The notes: generated by a model from the letters alone, not told the origin. DNA of 55,505 nucleotides from an uncultured Dehalococcoidia bacterium (GCA_964450505.1 CAYVEN010000002.1:1342-56846); one strand, 5' to 3'; counted from the first letter of the stretch, positions 33,384-43,205 are shown. Numbers and translations are program-made.

Positions 33384-34457
33384 ATGAACCGTTATAGTGT
33401 ATTGCTCATCGCAATGGCAATGGCCTTGTCGTTGCTGGTGCTGGCAGCTTGCGAATCCGAGCCTGCCGAAGAGGAAACCATGGCCAGCCGCTTGGACACG
33501 GTGCAGGAGCGAGGCAAGGTGATATGCGCCAGCCGTAACGACGTTCCCGGCTACGGGTCACTGGACGCCGCCGGCAACAACGTAGGCTTCGACATCGACC
33601 TGTGCCGAGCCCTTGCCGCCGCCGTGCTGGGCGACCCCAATGCCATTGAGATCCGCCTGATCACGGCTGCTGAACGCGGTCCTACCGTCCAGTCCGGCGA
33701 GGTTGACATGCTGGTCCGAACGGTCACTTGGACCACTTCCCGCGACGCCCAGTGGGGCAACTACGCCCAGACAATGTTCTACGACGGGCAGGGATTCATG
33801 GTGAGAAAGGAACTGGGGATCTCCAGCGCCCTAGAACTCAAGGACGCGACCGTGTGCGTGACTCAAGGCACCACTACGGAGTTGAACCTTGAGGACTTCT
33901 CCAGGCAGAACAACCTGAACATCTCGCCTCTGACCTTTGAGGATACCGACGCGGTTGTTGCCGCCTACGAGGGTGGACAGTGCGACGCCTTCACCAATGA
34001 CAATTCGCAGCTCGCTGCCCTGGGCACCGCGCTCCAGAACCGTGACGACCACGTGATCCTTCCGGAGACCATCTCCGAGGAGCCCTTGGGCCCCGTGGTT
34101 CCCCATGGCGACGACCAGTGGTTCGACATAGTCAAGACGGTTATGGGCATACTCATCTACGCTGAGGCTTACGGCGTAACCTCAGCCGATGTACCCGGCG
34201 CCGCGACCGGCGACACAAAAGTCGATAGACTCTTTGGGCTTGAAGGCTCATTCGGACAGGAGACCTTGGGCATCAGCAATACTGCGGCCCAGACCGTGAT
34301 CCGCAGCGTCGGCAACTACGGGGAGATATACGCCCGCAACCTGGGGCCCAATGGCATTAACCTGCCCAGGGAAGGCGGTCGGAACGCTCTTTGGTCCGAC
34401 GCCCCTTGCACCGATTGTCCCAAGGGAGGGCAGATTTACGCCGCTCCACTGAGGTAA
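33384..34457 (+). CDS. aapJ: Amino-acid ABC transporter substrate-binding lipoprotein (general L-amino-acid AapJ-like)
   Basis: 357 aa with lipobox 'LVLAAC' and 'GFDIDLCRALAAAVLGD'. Its size and the operon order match AapJQMP. Confidence 0.7.
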   Translation: MNRYSVLLIAMAMALSLLVLAACESEPAEEETMASRLDTVQERGKVICASRNDVPGYGSLDAAGNNVGFDIDLCRALAAAVLGDPNAIEIRLITAAERGPTVQSGEVDMLVRTVTWTTSRDAQWGNYAQTMFYDGQGFMVRKELGISSALELKDATVCVTQGTTTELNLEDFSRQNNLNISPLTFEDTDAVVAAYEGGQCDAFTNDNSQLAALGTALQNRDDHVILPETISEEPLGPVVPHGDDQWFDIVKTVMGILIYAEAYGVTSADVPGAATGDTKVDRLFGLEGSFGQETLGISNTAAQTVIRSVGNYGEIYARNLGPNGINLPREGGRNALWSDAPCTDCPKGGQIYAAPLR

Positions 34458-34463
34458 AACTCA

Positions 34464-35672
34464 ATGCCATCATGGCAGGCCGTACTGCGAGGACTGACCT
34501 ACGAGGGCATACCCCTCTGGCGACACACCAGGATTATCCAGTGGGTGTTGCAGGTGGTGTCTGGCATCTTGGTGGTTGTCCTTGTAGTCTGGTTCTTTGC
34601 GAACATTAGCGGAGCCATACGGGATAGAGATATCCCGTATGGCTTCAGCTTTCTCTCCAGAGCGTACCAGACTTCCATAGGGCAGCACTTCCTGCCTTAT
34701 GAGTCGTCAGACTCCTTCCTCTACGCCTTTGTCGTAGCGACGACGAACACCATAGTAGTCTCCATAGTAGGCGTAATACTGGCGACGGCGCTGGGGATTT
34801 TCATAGGCGTATCCCGGATGTCCAGCAACTGGCTGGTGTCCAAGGCTGCCCTGGTCTATATCGAGTTCTTCCGCAACGTGCCTCTGCTGGTCCAGCTGTT
34901 CTTCTGGTTCTACATAGTGCTGGCGCTTCCGCGCATTGAAGACGAATACGTGATAGCGGACGTGCTGCACATAAGCAACAGGGGCGTGTCCATGCCGTGG
35001 CCGGATCCCGTCAGTGCGGGGGCCGCGTGGATGTTTCCGGTTGTGCTAGTGGCTGCGGCGCTCGCCGGTGTGGCCGTGCATCGCGCCATGGAACGGCGAG
35101 AGACCCTTACGGGGGCGGCGTCCTATCCCATGGTGTTGGGAGTGGGTACAGCCATACTCGTGGTGGCAATCGGCTGGGTTGCCCTTACCATAGCGTTTGG
35201 CGGCGTTCCTTTCACCATATCCGTTCCGGAGCCGGAGGGGGACTACAGCCGTCACGTGGGAGGGTTCACTGCCTCGGCCGGTTTGCTGGCGCTGCTAGTG
35301 GGGCTTGTCATGTACACGTCGTCCTTTATTGCCGAAATCGTCCGGGCCGGCATCCAATCGGTCGGCCGTGGGCAGAGAGAAGCTGCCCGGTCCCTGGGAC
35401 TCCCCTACCTGAAGGCTCTGCGCCACGTGACCTTTCCGCAGGCCCTGAGGGTTATAGTCCCTCCGATGATAAGCCAGTACCTGAACCTCACCAAGAACAG
35501 CAGCCTTGCCGGGGCCATTGGCTTCTCAGACCTGACCAACGTAGCCAAGACCATGACCCAGACAGCGCCTGCCGTGTCCATTTTCCTTCTCATAATGCTG
35601 GCATACCTGGCGATGAGCCTGACCTATTCGCTCATCGGAAACCTCTACAACCGCCGTATACGGTTCTCTTGA
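34464..35672 (+). CDS. aapQ: Amino-acid ABC transporter permease (AapQ-like)
   Basis: 402 aa with 'GIQSVGRGQREAARSLGL' (EAA loop). Confidence 0.7.
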   Translation: MPSWQAVLRGLTYEGIPLWRHTRIIQWVLQVVSGILVVVLVVWFFANISGAIRDRDIPYGFSFLSRAYQTSIGQHFLPYESSDSFLYAFVVATTNTIVVSIVGVILATALGIFIGVSRMSSNWLVSKAALVYIEFFRNVPLLVQLFFWFYIVLALPRIEDEYVIADVLHISNRGVSMPWPDPVSAGAAWMFPVVLVAAALAGVAVHRAMERRETLTGAASYPMVLGVGTAILVVAIGWVALTIAFGGVPFTISVPEPEGDYSRHVGGFTASAGLLALLVGLVMYTSSFIAEIVRAGIQSVGRGQREAARSLGLPYLKALRHVTFPQALRVIVPPMISQYLNLTKNSSLAGAIGFSDLTNVAKTMTQTAPAVSIFLLIMLAYLAMSLTYSLIGNLYNRRIRFS

Positions 35673-35682
35673 ATTTAACCTG

Positions 35683-36933
35683 ATGTCAACCAATTTCGAC
35701 ACACTGCCTGCCCCGGAGCTTAAGCCACCCGTCTCGGAACGGGGGGTAATCGGCTGGATTTACACCAACCTGTTCAGCAATAGGTTCAATACCACCCTAA
35801 CCGTGGTGTTCGGTGTCATTTTGGGTGCGGTCGCCTGGTTCGGGCTTAAGTGGCTGATCCTGGACGCGGACTGGACCGTGATAGGCACACTGGGCGGACA
35901 GATGGTGATAGGGCAGTACAACATCGAAGCCGCGTGCCCTGGGAAGAACTGCTTCTGGAGGCCACAGGCCTCGTTGCTGCTGGTGACGATGCTCCTGGGA
36001 ATGGGCTGGGGGATAATCGGCGGAGGACTGGCTAAGCGCATGGCAATTGGGGTAGTGGCCGTGCTGGCCGCTTTCTCCTTTCTGCCCTACAGCCTGGAAC
36101 GGATGGGCTTGGACGTGCGGCTGTTGCTGCTGGCCAACATTCCCGCTCTGGCGGCTGGCTGGGCCCTGGCACGCTACACGCCTTTGGGCACCGCCCGCTG
36201 GCTGGCCGTGCTCGCGGTGGGGACATTCCTCATAACGCTGGTCCTGCTGAGGGGGGTGGAGGGGGTGCCCGGCCTCCAACCGGTGTCCGTAATCTACTGG
36301 GGCGGCCTGATGCTGAACCTGCTGCTGGCTGTGGCAGGCATAACGCTCAGCTTCCCCATTGGGATTGCGCTGGCTTTGGGACGGCGCAGCAGGCTTCCCG
36401 TGGTGAAGCTGCTCTGTGTGGTGTTCATAGAGGTCTTCCGGGGCGTGCCCCTGATAACGCTCCTGTTCATGTCCCAAGTGCTGGTGCCTCTCGCATTCCC
36501 CGAAGATTTTCCCGTGAATTCGCTTTTGCGCGCCGCTATTGTCATCACCCTGTTTAGCGCTGCGTATATGGCCGAGAATATCCGTGGAGGCTTGCAGGCG
36601 CTTCACCACGGGCAGGCTGAGGCGGCGGCGTCCCTGGGATTGGCGAACTGGCAGACCACCCTGTTCATCACACTGCCCCAGGCCATCCGCAATGTCATAC
36701 CGGCGATAGTGGGGCAGTTCATCTCCCTGTTCAAGGACACCAGCCTGGTGTACATCATCGGCATGCTGGACGTGGTTGAGATAAGCAGGGTGTTCATCCA
36801 GGGCAACGCTGAGTTCATACCAAGCGCGCAGGAGCTGTTCATTTTCCTGGCGCTGGTCTTCTGGATCTTCTGCTACAGCATGTCCTACGTGAGTAGGAGA
36901 ATCGAGCAGCATCTAGGTGTAGGGAGTCGCTGA
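35683..36933 (+). CDS. aapM: Amino-acid ABC transporter permease (AapM-like)
   Basis: 416 aa with '[20 protein letters not shown]' (EAA loop). Confidence 0.7.
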   Translation: MSTNFDTLPAPELKPPVSERGVIGWIYTNLFSNRFNTTLTVVFGVILGAVAWFGLKWLILDADWTVIGTLGGQMVIGQYNIEAACPGKNCFWRPQASLLLVTMLLGMGWGIIGGGLAKRMAIGVVAVLAAFSFLPYSLERMGLDVRLLLLANIPALAAGWALARYTPLGTARWLAVLAVGTFLITLVLLRGVEGVPGLQPVSVIYWGGLMLNLLLAVAGITLSFPIGIALALGRRSRLPVVKLLCVVFIEVFRGVPLITLLFMSQVLVPLAFPEDFPVNSLLRAAIVITLFSAAYMAENIRGGLQALHHGQAEAAASLGLANWQTTLFITLPQAIRNVIPAIVGQFISLFKDTSLVYIIGMLDVVEISRVFIQGNAEFIPSAQELFIFLALVFWIFCYSMSYVSRRIEQHLGVGSR

Positions 36934-36953
36934 AGCCTGTTAGGAGACTGATA

Positions 36954-37715
36954 ATGGACGCTGAGAGCAACAATCCGTCAGACGATATCATCATAGCCAC
37001 GGACGTGCACAAGTGGTTCGGCTCCTTTCACGTGCTGAAGGGCGTGACCACCTCCGTGAAACAAGGGGAGAAAGTTGTCATCCTTGGGCCGTCCGGTTCG
37101 GGAAAGTCCACCTTCATTCGTACACTGAACCGGCTGGAGGTGCACCAGCGGGGAACAATCATAATCGATGGAGTTGAGCTAACGGACGACGTGCGCAACA
37201 TAGACCTCATTCGCCGGGAGATTGGGATGGTTTTCCAGCAGTTCAACCTCTTTCCCCATCTCACCGTGATGCAGAACATAACCCTGGCGCCCACCAAGGT
37301 GAGGAAATGGCCCAAGGGCCAGGCGGAAGAGATAGCCATTGAACTTCTGACGAGGGTCGGAATCCCGGAGCAGGCGGACAAGTTCCCCAGCCAGCTCTCC
37401 GGCGGCCAGCAACAGCGGGTCGCAATTGCCCGCGCCCTCGCCATGCAGCCCAAGATCATGCTGTTCGACGAGCCCACCTCTGCCCTGGACCCGGAGATGA
37501 TCAAGGAGGTGCTGGACGTTATGCGAGAGCTGGCCACCTCCGGCATGACCATGCTGATAATCAGCCACGAAATAGGCTTCGCACGAGAGGTTGCCGATCG
37601 CGTCATCTTCATGGACGAAGGGGAAATAGTGGAGATGGGCACCTCCGAGCAGCTGTTCACCAACCCGCAGGAGCCGCGCACCCAGCTTTTCCTGGACCAG
37701 ATACTCACCCACTGA
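36954..37715 (+). CDS. aapP: Amino-acid ABC transporter ATP-binding protein
   Basis: 'GPSGSGKST', '[15 protein letters not shown]' and '[11 protein letters not shown]'. Confidence 0.85.
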   Translation: MDAESNNPSDDIIIATDVHKWFGSFHVLKGVTTSVKQGEKVVILGPSGSGKSTFIRTLNRLEVHQRGTIIIDGVELTDDVRNIDLIRREIGMVFQQFNLFPHLTVMQNITLAPTKVRKWPKGQAEEIAIELLTRVGIPEQADKFPSQLSGGQQQRVAIARALAMQPKIMLFDEPTSALDPEMIKEVLDVMRELATSGMTMLIISHEIGFAREVADRVIFMDEGEIVEMGTSEQLFTNPQEPRTQLFLDQILTH

Positions 37716-37837
37716 CCCTTGGTCGGGGTAGCAGTTTAAGTCTCAGTTTCTGCAAAGTAGGTTGACTGCTTGGCGGTAGTCTAGTACCTTGCAGATACGG
37801 AGAACTCTAAACCGTAAAGTTAAAGGAGAATATTTCT

Positions 37838-38083
37838 ATGACCACTACTGAAGAGCGCCTACGTAAACTTGTGGATGAGAACCTTGAGGTGGATGGACGA
37901 CCCATTGGCCGCGAGTTGGATCTCTCCAAGAGCCTGGGGGACGCGGGCGTAAGTTCTACGGACTTCGTCGCCTTCATGAAGGTGGTGGTGCAGGAGTTTG
38001 GCGTTGACATATCTGCCGGCGACTGCCAGAACTTCCAGAGCCTCGCGGAACTGATTGCTTTCCTGGACAAGCCGGCAGCGTAG
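37838..38083 (+). CDS. Stand-alone acyl/peptidyl carrier protein
   Basis: 81 aa with RBS AAAGGAGA. 'LGDAGVSSTDFVAFM' fits the carrier-protein 'D-x-G-x-D/S-S-L' phosphopantetheine site at the start of helix 2. Confidence 0.7.
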   Translation: MTTTEERLRKLVDENLEVDGRPIGRELDLSKSLGDAGVSSTDFVAFMKVVVQEFGVDISAGDCQNFQSLAELIAFLDKPAA

Positions 38084-38128
38084 CCGCGAATAAGCCGGAA
38101 CCATCCGACCATTGCAGAATTGAAGTTC

Positions 38129-38164
38129 AGAATCCTACTGCCCGTCACCGGGCAGTAGGATTCT
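38129..38164 (+). terminator. Rho-independent terminator after carrier-protein gene
   Basis: Perfect 16-bp stem agaatcctactgcccg / cgggcagtaggattct with loop tcac, followed by ttgctt. Confidence 0.75.
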
Positions 38165-38206
38165 TTGCTTGGCACATACCCCACTGTTCTGGCTATAATG
38201 CCTTCC

Positions 38207-39031
38207 ATGCGCATTCCTGTTGCAGACCAGTGGTGGAGCCCATTTCGCAAAGTCGGCGCTGTGGAAATACTCTACGTTGAGCTCGCGCCCCACTCGAAGA
38301 ACGAGGCAGTAGCATTGACGTTGCTCAGCCACGCGGAGCACCGGCGTGCCGACAGATTTCTCTACCCTGGGCCACGGCGGCGCTACATCCTTCTTCGCGC
38401 CGCGTTGCGATACCTCCTTTGCGACCGGCTTGGCTGCGGCAACGATGCCCTCTCCTTCCCGACCGCGAAGCATGGGAAACCGTATGCCGTTGTGCATGGC
38501 GTTCCGGCTTCTATCCAGTTCAACGTCAGCGATAGTGGTAGCCATGGGCTCATTGCTATCGCTCCGGTGGGGTCGGTAGGGATCGACGTTGAGGAGCGGT
38601 CCGTCAATCGCGACCTGGACGGCCTGGCCGAGATGGTCTTCGACGCAGATGAACAGGCGTCCATGCTCACAGTGTCGGGAGAGCAGAAGGTAGAGCGTTT
38701 CTACCGGCTCTGGACCGCCAAGGAGGCGCTGGTCAAGGCACTGGGCACTGGTCTCTACCTGGACGTATCGACCTTTCAAGCGCCTATGGCCCTGCTGCGC
38801 GGCAGTACGGGAGCTGAGTTTCGATTCCAGCATCTACCGGAAGTCGCATGGTGGGTGGAGGACCTGGGCACCAGTGACTTTGCCGCGGCAATCGCCCATG
38901 AGATGACCGCAGGCGCTGACGCCATAGTCCCAGGGAGCGAGCACGTGAGACCTATGGTGGAGCCGGTCGCTGCGGGCGGTTCGGGCAGCCAGTCAAAGAA
39001 AGCTATGGGAAGACAGCAGAGTTATGACTAA
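38207..39031 (+). CDS. 4'-phosphopantetheinyl transferase, Sfp type
   Basis: 'GIDVEE' and 'WTAKEALVKALGTG' motifs. The start is uncertain: candidates are ATG 38198 and 38207, or GTG 38261. The TTG at 38165 directly abuts the terminator stem (38129-38164) and was not used. Confidence 0.8.
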   Translation: MRIPVADQWWSPFRKVGAVEILYVELAPHSKNEAVALTLLSHAEHRRADRFLYPGPRRRYILLRAALRYLLCDRLGCGNDALSFPTAKHGKPYAVVHGVPASIQFNVSDSGSHGLIAIAPVGSVGIDVEERSVNRDLDGLAEMVFDADEQASMLTVSGEQKVERFYRLWTAKEALVKALGTGLYLDVSTFQAPMALLRGSTGAEFRFQHLPEVAWWVEDLGTSDFAAAIAHEMTAGADAIVPGSEHVRPMVEPVAAGGSGSQSKKAMGRQQSYD

Positions 39032-39932
39032 CGCTGATATAACGTGGCAAGTTCCTGAACCCCTCGCAACCCACCAGGTAGCGGTGGATGCCGACACCGT
39101 CATCACCCTGCGGCGGCACGGCAATCCCAACGGGCCGCGGTTGGTGATGAGCCACGGCAACGGCCTGGCCATGGACCTCTACTACCCGTTCTGGTCATTG
39201 CTGATGAACGAGTACGATATCTTCATGTACGACTTGAGGAACCACGGGTGGAACGCGCTCAGCCCGATAGAACGGCACAACGTCCCTACGCTGGTCGACG
39301 ACCACGACCATGTTATCAAGGCCATCGACGAGCAGTTTGGGAAGAAGCCCAAGGTGGGCGTGTACCACTCCGTTTCAGCGCTGATTTCCCTTCTGTCGCC
39401 CACGCGGGGGGCCGCTTACTCGGGGCTTATCATGTTCGACCCGCCGATTCGCCGTCCGAACCTTTCAGATGAGGAGTTTGACAAGGCGTCCATGCGAACC
39501 GCTGGGCTGGCGCGGCGGCGCACGGCCAAGTTCCGGTCGCTGGAAGAGTTCTCCCAGGTTCTGCCCTATATTCCCGCTTTCCAGCACATGGTGCCCGGGG
39601 CGCATGATCTGATGGCGGAGGCCACACTCCGGCAGAGCAGTACCGGCGAGGGGTTCGAGCTCAGGTGTCCTCCACAGTATGAGGCCCGGATCATCGACTA
39701 TGCCCGGGTCTTCAGCCTGGCCGTGGACTTTGAGATGATGTTGTGCCCGCTGAAGGTCATTGGGGCGGATCCCACGCTGCCATACTCCTACCTACCCACG
39801 CTTGACCTGAGCGACGTGGCCATTGTGGACTACGATTTTCTTCCGGATGCGACTCACTTCCTACCCATAGAGAAACCGGCGGAGTGTGCCGCAACCATGC
39901 GGGCGTTTCTATCGAAAATTCCGGAGCTTTAG
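39024..39932 (+). CDS. Alpha/beta-fold hydrolase with atypical nucleophile elbow
   Basis: 302 aa, overlapping the PPTase gene by 8 nt. It has 'VMSHGNG', 'MYDLRNHGWN', the elbow 'VYHSVSA' (not G-x-S-x-G) and 'PDATHFLPIEKP'. Confidence 0.7.
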   Translation: MTNADITWQVPEPLATHQVAVDADTVITLRRHGNPNGPRLVMSHGNGLAMDLYYPFWSLLMNEYDIFMYDLRNHGWNALSPIERHNVPTLVDDHDHVIKAIDEQFGKKPKVGVYHSVSALISLLSPTRGAAYSGLIMFDPPIRRPNLSDEEFDKASMRTAGLARRRTAKFRSLEEFSQVLPYIPAFQHMVPGAHDLMAEATLRQSSTGEGFELRCPPQYEARIIDYARVFSLAVDFEMMLCPLKVIGADPTLPYSYLPTLDLSDVAIVDYDFLPDATHFLPIEKPAECAATMRAFLSKIPEL

Positions 39933-39998
39933 GCTACGGTCATCAGCAGTGGGGACGGGGTGGTTCTCCGCTAGGGTCGGTTTGATGCTTGTTTCGCT

Positions 39999-40403
39999 TT
40001 AGCCTGCCCTGACCGGGGTCCACACAATCCCATCAACGTGTTCGAAATGTTGATCCGACGAGACTAGATCGGCACCCGTTTCCATGGCGTGGGCCGCAAT
40101 CCAAACGTCGTTTGTCGGAATTGGCCGCCCCTTCGCCCTCAGCGCTGTCATTACCCGTGAGTACCGGTCTGCGGTTACTGGGCCCACGGGAACAAAGGAT
40201 GCGTAGGGACGCCCCAGGAAGGATCGGAGTTCCGCAAGGTTCTGTTCGAAGTATGCTCCCCGCCGGAAGCCAAATAGCAGTTCACCTACTACAACAGCCG
40301 AGAACAGCACCTCCTCGGCAGCATGGATCAACTCTCTAACCTCGTGGCTGCCCCGCATGAATGAGGAGTAGGCGCTGGAGTCTAGCAGGATCCTCATGTC
40401 CAC
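39999..40403 (-). CDS. vapC: PIN-domain toxin
   Basis: 134 aa with the acidic residues of the PIN core in 'ILLDSSAY', 'VVGELLFG', 'TNDVWIAAHA' and 'LVSSDQHF'. Confidence 0.85.
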   Translation of the reverse strand: MDMRILLDSSAYSSFMRGSHEVRELIHAAEEVLFSAVVVGELLFGFRRGAYFEQNLAELRSFLGRPYASFVPVGPVTADRYSRVMTALRAKGRPIPTNDVWIAAHAMETGADLVSSDQHFEHVDGIVWTPVRAG

Positions 40404-40660
40404 GCTGCCTCGTCTACGGTCTCAAAGACCTCAAGAGCAGCGTCGAAGCTCTCCGTTTCATCTCGACTCCATATACCGAAAAGGTCGTCTAACGAAGCGC
40501 CTATCGTGTTTGGATTCCCTTTGTCGCCACTGGCTAGGCCTGCGCCGTTCCTGAGCAACCTTAAAGCAGCCTGATTCAGCGAGATTCCCTCGCGCTTTGC
40601 TAGGCGATGCAAAGCGGTGCTCAGTTCGTCGTCGAATCCCCTGACTGTAAGTTGGTTCAT
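40394..40660 (-). CDS. vapB: Antitoxin (RHH/FitA-like)
   Basis: 88 aa with 'LTVRGFDDELSTALHRLAKREGISLNQAALRLL'. It overlaps vapC by 10 nt. Confidence 0.8.
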   Translation of the reverse strand: MNQLTVRGFDDELSTALHRLAKREGISLNQAALRLLRNGAGLASGDKGNPNTIGASLDDLFGIWSRDETESFDAALEVFETVDEAAWT

Positions 40661-40703
40661 GTCCTGTTACTCCTGTGAGTCGCAAATAGAGGCGTTGAGA
40701 GTC

Positions 40704-40732
40704 ATTATATGGGTCACCCATGCACGGGTCAA
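40704..40732 (-). promoter_or_regulatory. vapBC promoter with embedded TGACCC repeats
   Basis: On the minus strand: TTGACC, a 17-nt spacer, then TATAAT. TGACCC occurs twice (once overlapping the -35, once abutting the -10), and GGGTGACCC is palindromic. Confidence 0.5.
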
Positions 40733-40791
40733 TTCTTAGGTGGTGACACCGCTACAAGAACGCCGATTGACGGAAAGGGGTTCACAAGCGG

Positions 40792-41517
40792 CTAGTTGCC
40801 GTTGGGCTGTCCTTCCACCTCTATGCGAAGGCGCTTGTTGATGCGCCCCTTGCTCTCATGGCCGACGACACGAATGCGGCCAACCTCGTTTGTGTGGGCG
40901 ACGTGGGTGCCGCCGTCGGCCTGGAGGTCAAGGCCGTTGACGTCTACGATTCGCACCTCTTGAATGGCGGGCGGAAGCAGGTTGATCTTGGTGCGAATGA
41001 GGTCGGGGATGCGCATGGCTTCGTCACGGGGCAAGTTCTGCGTGGTAACCGGACGTGAGGCGGCTACCTCCGCGTTGATTTTCTCCTCGACTTCGCGTGC
41101 GAAATCCACAGACATGTTCTCCAGCTCGAAGTCCATGCGCGCCTTGAGCGGTTGCATATCGCCGCCGGTGACCTGCGCTCCGTAGTCGCGCCAGACCACG
41201 CCGCAGAGGATGTGAAGAGCGGTGTGGGTGCGCATTAGCTTGTAACGCCTGTCCCAGTCGATCACTCCGGTGACCCGCGTGCCCGCCGGAGGAGGGTCGC
41301 CCTCGATTTCATGGACGGCCTTGCCGTCCTTCCGGCTAATCCGAGTCACCCGGTATTCGCCGTCCCCGGCGTGGAGGACGCCGGAATCGCTGGGTTGTCC
41401 GCCGCCGCCCGGGTAGAAGGCGCTCCTATCCAAAACGACGCCGGTATCCAGCGTCTCTACGACTTCGGCCTGGAACTCTCTGATGTAGCTGTCGTGGTGG
41501 TAAAGGGGCTCCGTCAT
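40792..41517 (-). CDS. alaX: Alanyl-tRNA editing protein AlaX (medium form)
   Basis: 241 aa with 'MRTHTALHILCGV' (HxxxH) and 'DGGTHVAHT', consistent with the Thr/Ala-tRNA synthetase second additional domain. Confidence 0.8.
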   Translation of the reverse strand: MTEPLYHHDSYIREFQAEVVETLDTGVVLDRSAFYPGGGGQPSDSGVLHAGDGEYRVTRISRKDGKAVHEIEGDPPPAGTRVTGVIDWDRRYKLMRTHTALHILCGVVWRDYGAQVTGGDMQPLKARMDFELENMSVDFAREVEEKINAEVAASRPVTTQNLPRDEAMRIPDLIRTKINLLPPAIQEVRIVDVNGLDLQADGGTHVAHTNEVGRIRVVGHESKGRINKRLRIEVEGQPNGN

Positions 41518-42281
41518 GTTCCTTCCGGAGAGGTGTTCAGCAGGTCTTTGATGGACTCTTCCACCTGTTGCAGGCCGCTGAAGTCGTCGTCGGCAATCTT
41601 GTAGCAGCGGTCAAGGTAGAGCTGGGCCAGCCTGGAGCCGTGGGGTCCGGGCTGGCTTACCGCATCGACTATCTGGGATGCGTGGTACTTTTGCGGCAGA
41701 TACTTGGCAAGTACGGCTATCTCTCCCTTGGACTCTTCCATGAGGCGACCATCGTTGCCTTCCATGGCGAATTGCAGCTTGCCAACCAGCTTGGCAAGCT
41801 CCGCCAGCCGGTCGCGTTCGCTCATCAGGGAGATCATGACCTCCCCAACGTCCAGGTCGGAGGCGGACTCAGAGGGAAGGGCGTGTAAGGCGTCCAGTCC
41901 CGGCGCGGCCTGAACGGCGCTGTTATAGAAGCGGGTGTACTCCTGAACGGCGTCGTTGACCTGCTGGGCGGCTTCCAGAAGATCGTCCTCACGCACAAAG
42001 CCGGCGTAGATGAGGTCGTCGCCCCGCAGCTCGGCGAGTTTTTCCAGGAACTCCAGGTTCGCCACCTCTTCGGGAATGGGAGGAATGGCGAAGGAGGAGA
42101 ACTCCTCCATGCCTGAAGACTTGACCTGGGCGGCGAGGAAAGGCGGCACGTACTTGGTCAGGTCCATCCTGAGCGGTAGGACGGCCAAGTAGGTGGCCAG
42201 CACCTTTTCTCCGGCCAGGTAATACAAGATGGCGTGGCCCTTGGGTTGGTCCCGGCTTCCTTTTTCGAACGTTATATCCAT
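41514..42281 (-). CDS. Hypothetical protein (no family recognised)
   Basis: 255-aa ORF with normal composition. It overlaps alaX by 4 nt. Confidence 0.5.
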   Translation of the reverse strand: MDITFEKGSRDQPKGHAILYYLAGEKVLATYLAVLPLRMDLTKYVPPFLAAQVKSSGMEEFSSFAIPPIPEEVANLEFLEKLAELRGDDLIYAGFVREDDLLEAAQQVNDAVQEYTRFYNSAVQAAPGLDALHALPSESASDLDVGEVMISLMSERDRLAELAKLVGKLQFAMEGNDGRLMEESKGEIAVLAKYLPQKYHASQIVDAVSQPGPHGSRLAQLYLDRCYKIADDDFSGLQQVEESIKDLLNTSPEGT

Positions 42282-42341
42282 TGCCCTATGGTAAATCGAC
42301 TAATCGATCCTGAAGGATAGCTGCGCGTTGCCTGGATACTT

Positions 42342-43205
42342 CTAGCTGCTGCCGTCCGTGCCGTTGCCACCGTTGCCCCTGACAAAGTTCTGCAGCATGC
42401 TGGTGAACTCCATGGGGAAGATGAACTTGGTGGCTTGACCCTCTCCCAACTCCTTCAGCGTTTCAAAGTACTGCAGGCTCATGGTGCGGTTGTCCGCGCC
42501 TTGGGCTACGGTGTTTATCTGGTCCAGGGCATTGGAGAAGCCCTCCGCGTTGAGGATGGCGGCCTGCCGGGTTCCTTCGGCGCGGAGAATGGCGGCTTCA
42601 CGCTCGCCCTGAGCGGAGAGAATAGCGGCCTGCTTTTCTCCCTCGGCGCGGTTGATCTGGGCCTGTCGCTGGCCTTCCGACTCGGTGATGTCGGCGGTCT
42701 TGATGGCGGCCGCGGACTTCTCGCGCTCCATGGCGCTTTTCACGCCGGGAGGCGGGTCAATCTCGTTAATGGCCACTCCCTGCACCTTAACTCCCCAGCG
42801 TCCCGTGTTCTCATCGAGTGCCATCTGGAGCTGGCTCTGGATGCGCTCGCGTTCCGACAGAGCCTCGGCCAGGCTGACGTTGCCCATGATGGCGCGCAGT
42901 TCGCCCATGGCAAGGTTGCGCACCGCAAGCTGGTGGTCGGCCACCTCCAGGACGGCTCTGTCGGCCATCTCAGGCAGGACGCGGTAGTAGAGGACAAAGT
43001 CCATGTCCACCACCACGTTGTCCTTGGTAATGTACTGCTGGGTGGGTACGCGTTCAGGCACTTCACGTGTGTCCACTACCTTTCCCGTCTCCAGGATCGG
43101 TACGAGGAAGTGAAAGCCAGGGCCCTTGACGTCGCCTACGTAGCGGCCAAGGCGGAACTTCACCATTCGTTCATACTGTTTGACTATTACTATACCGGTT
43201 GCCAT
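42342..43205 (-). CDS. SPFH/band-7 (stomatin-like) protein
   Basis: 287 aa with 'IVKQYERMVKFRLGRY' and the coiled repeat 'AEGEKQAAILSAQGEREAAILRAEG'. Confidence 0.9.
   Translation of the reverse strand: MATGIVIVKQYERMVKFRLGRYVGDVKGPGFHFLVPILETGKVVDTREVPERVPTQQYITKDNVVVDMDFVLYYRVLPEMADRAVLEVADHQLAVRNLAMGELRAIMGNVSLAEALSERERIQSQLQMALDENTGRWGVKVQGVAINEIDPPPGVKSAMEREKSAAAIKTADITESEGQRQAQINRAEGEKQAAILSAQGEREAAILRAEGTRQAAILNAEGFSNALDQINTVAQGADNRTMSLQYFETLKELGEGQATKFIFPMEFTSMLQNFVRGNGGNGTDGSS

Noticed and set aside
35797-36912. 371-aa minus-strand ORF opposite the AapM-like permease.
   Set aside because: It is a His/Gln/Arg-rich antisense artefact. The plus-strand product is a typical polytopic permease within an operon.
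38165-38206. TTG at 38165 as the PPTase start codon.
   Set aside because: It directly abuts the 3' arm of the 16-bp terminator stem (38129-38164), so the preceding RBS region would be sequestered in that stem, and no SD sequence precedes it. In-frame ATGs at 38198 and 38207 avoid this, although the true start remains uncertain.
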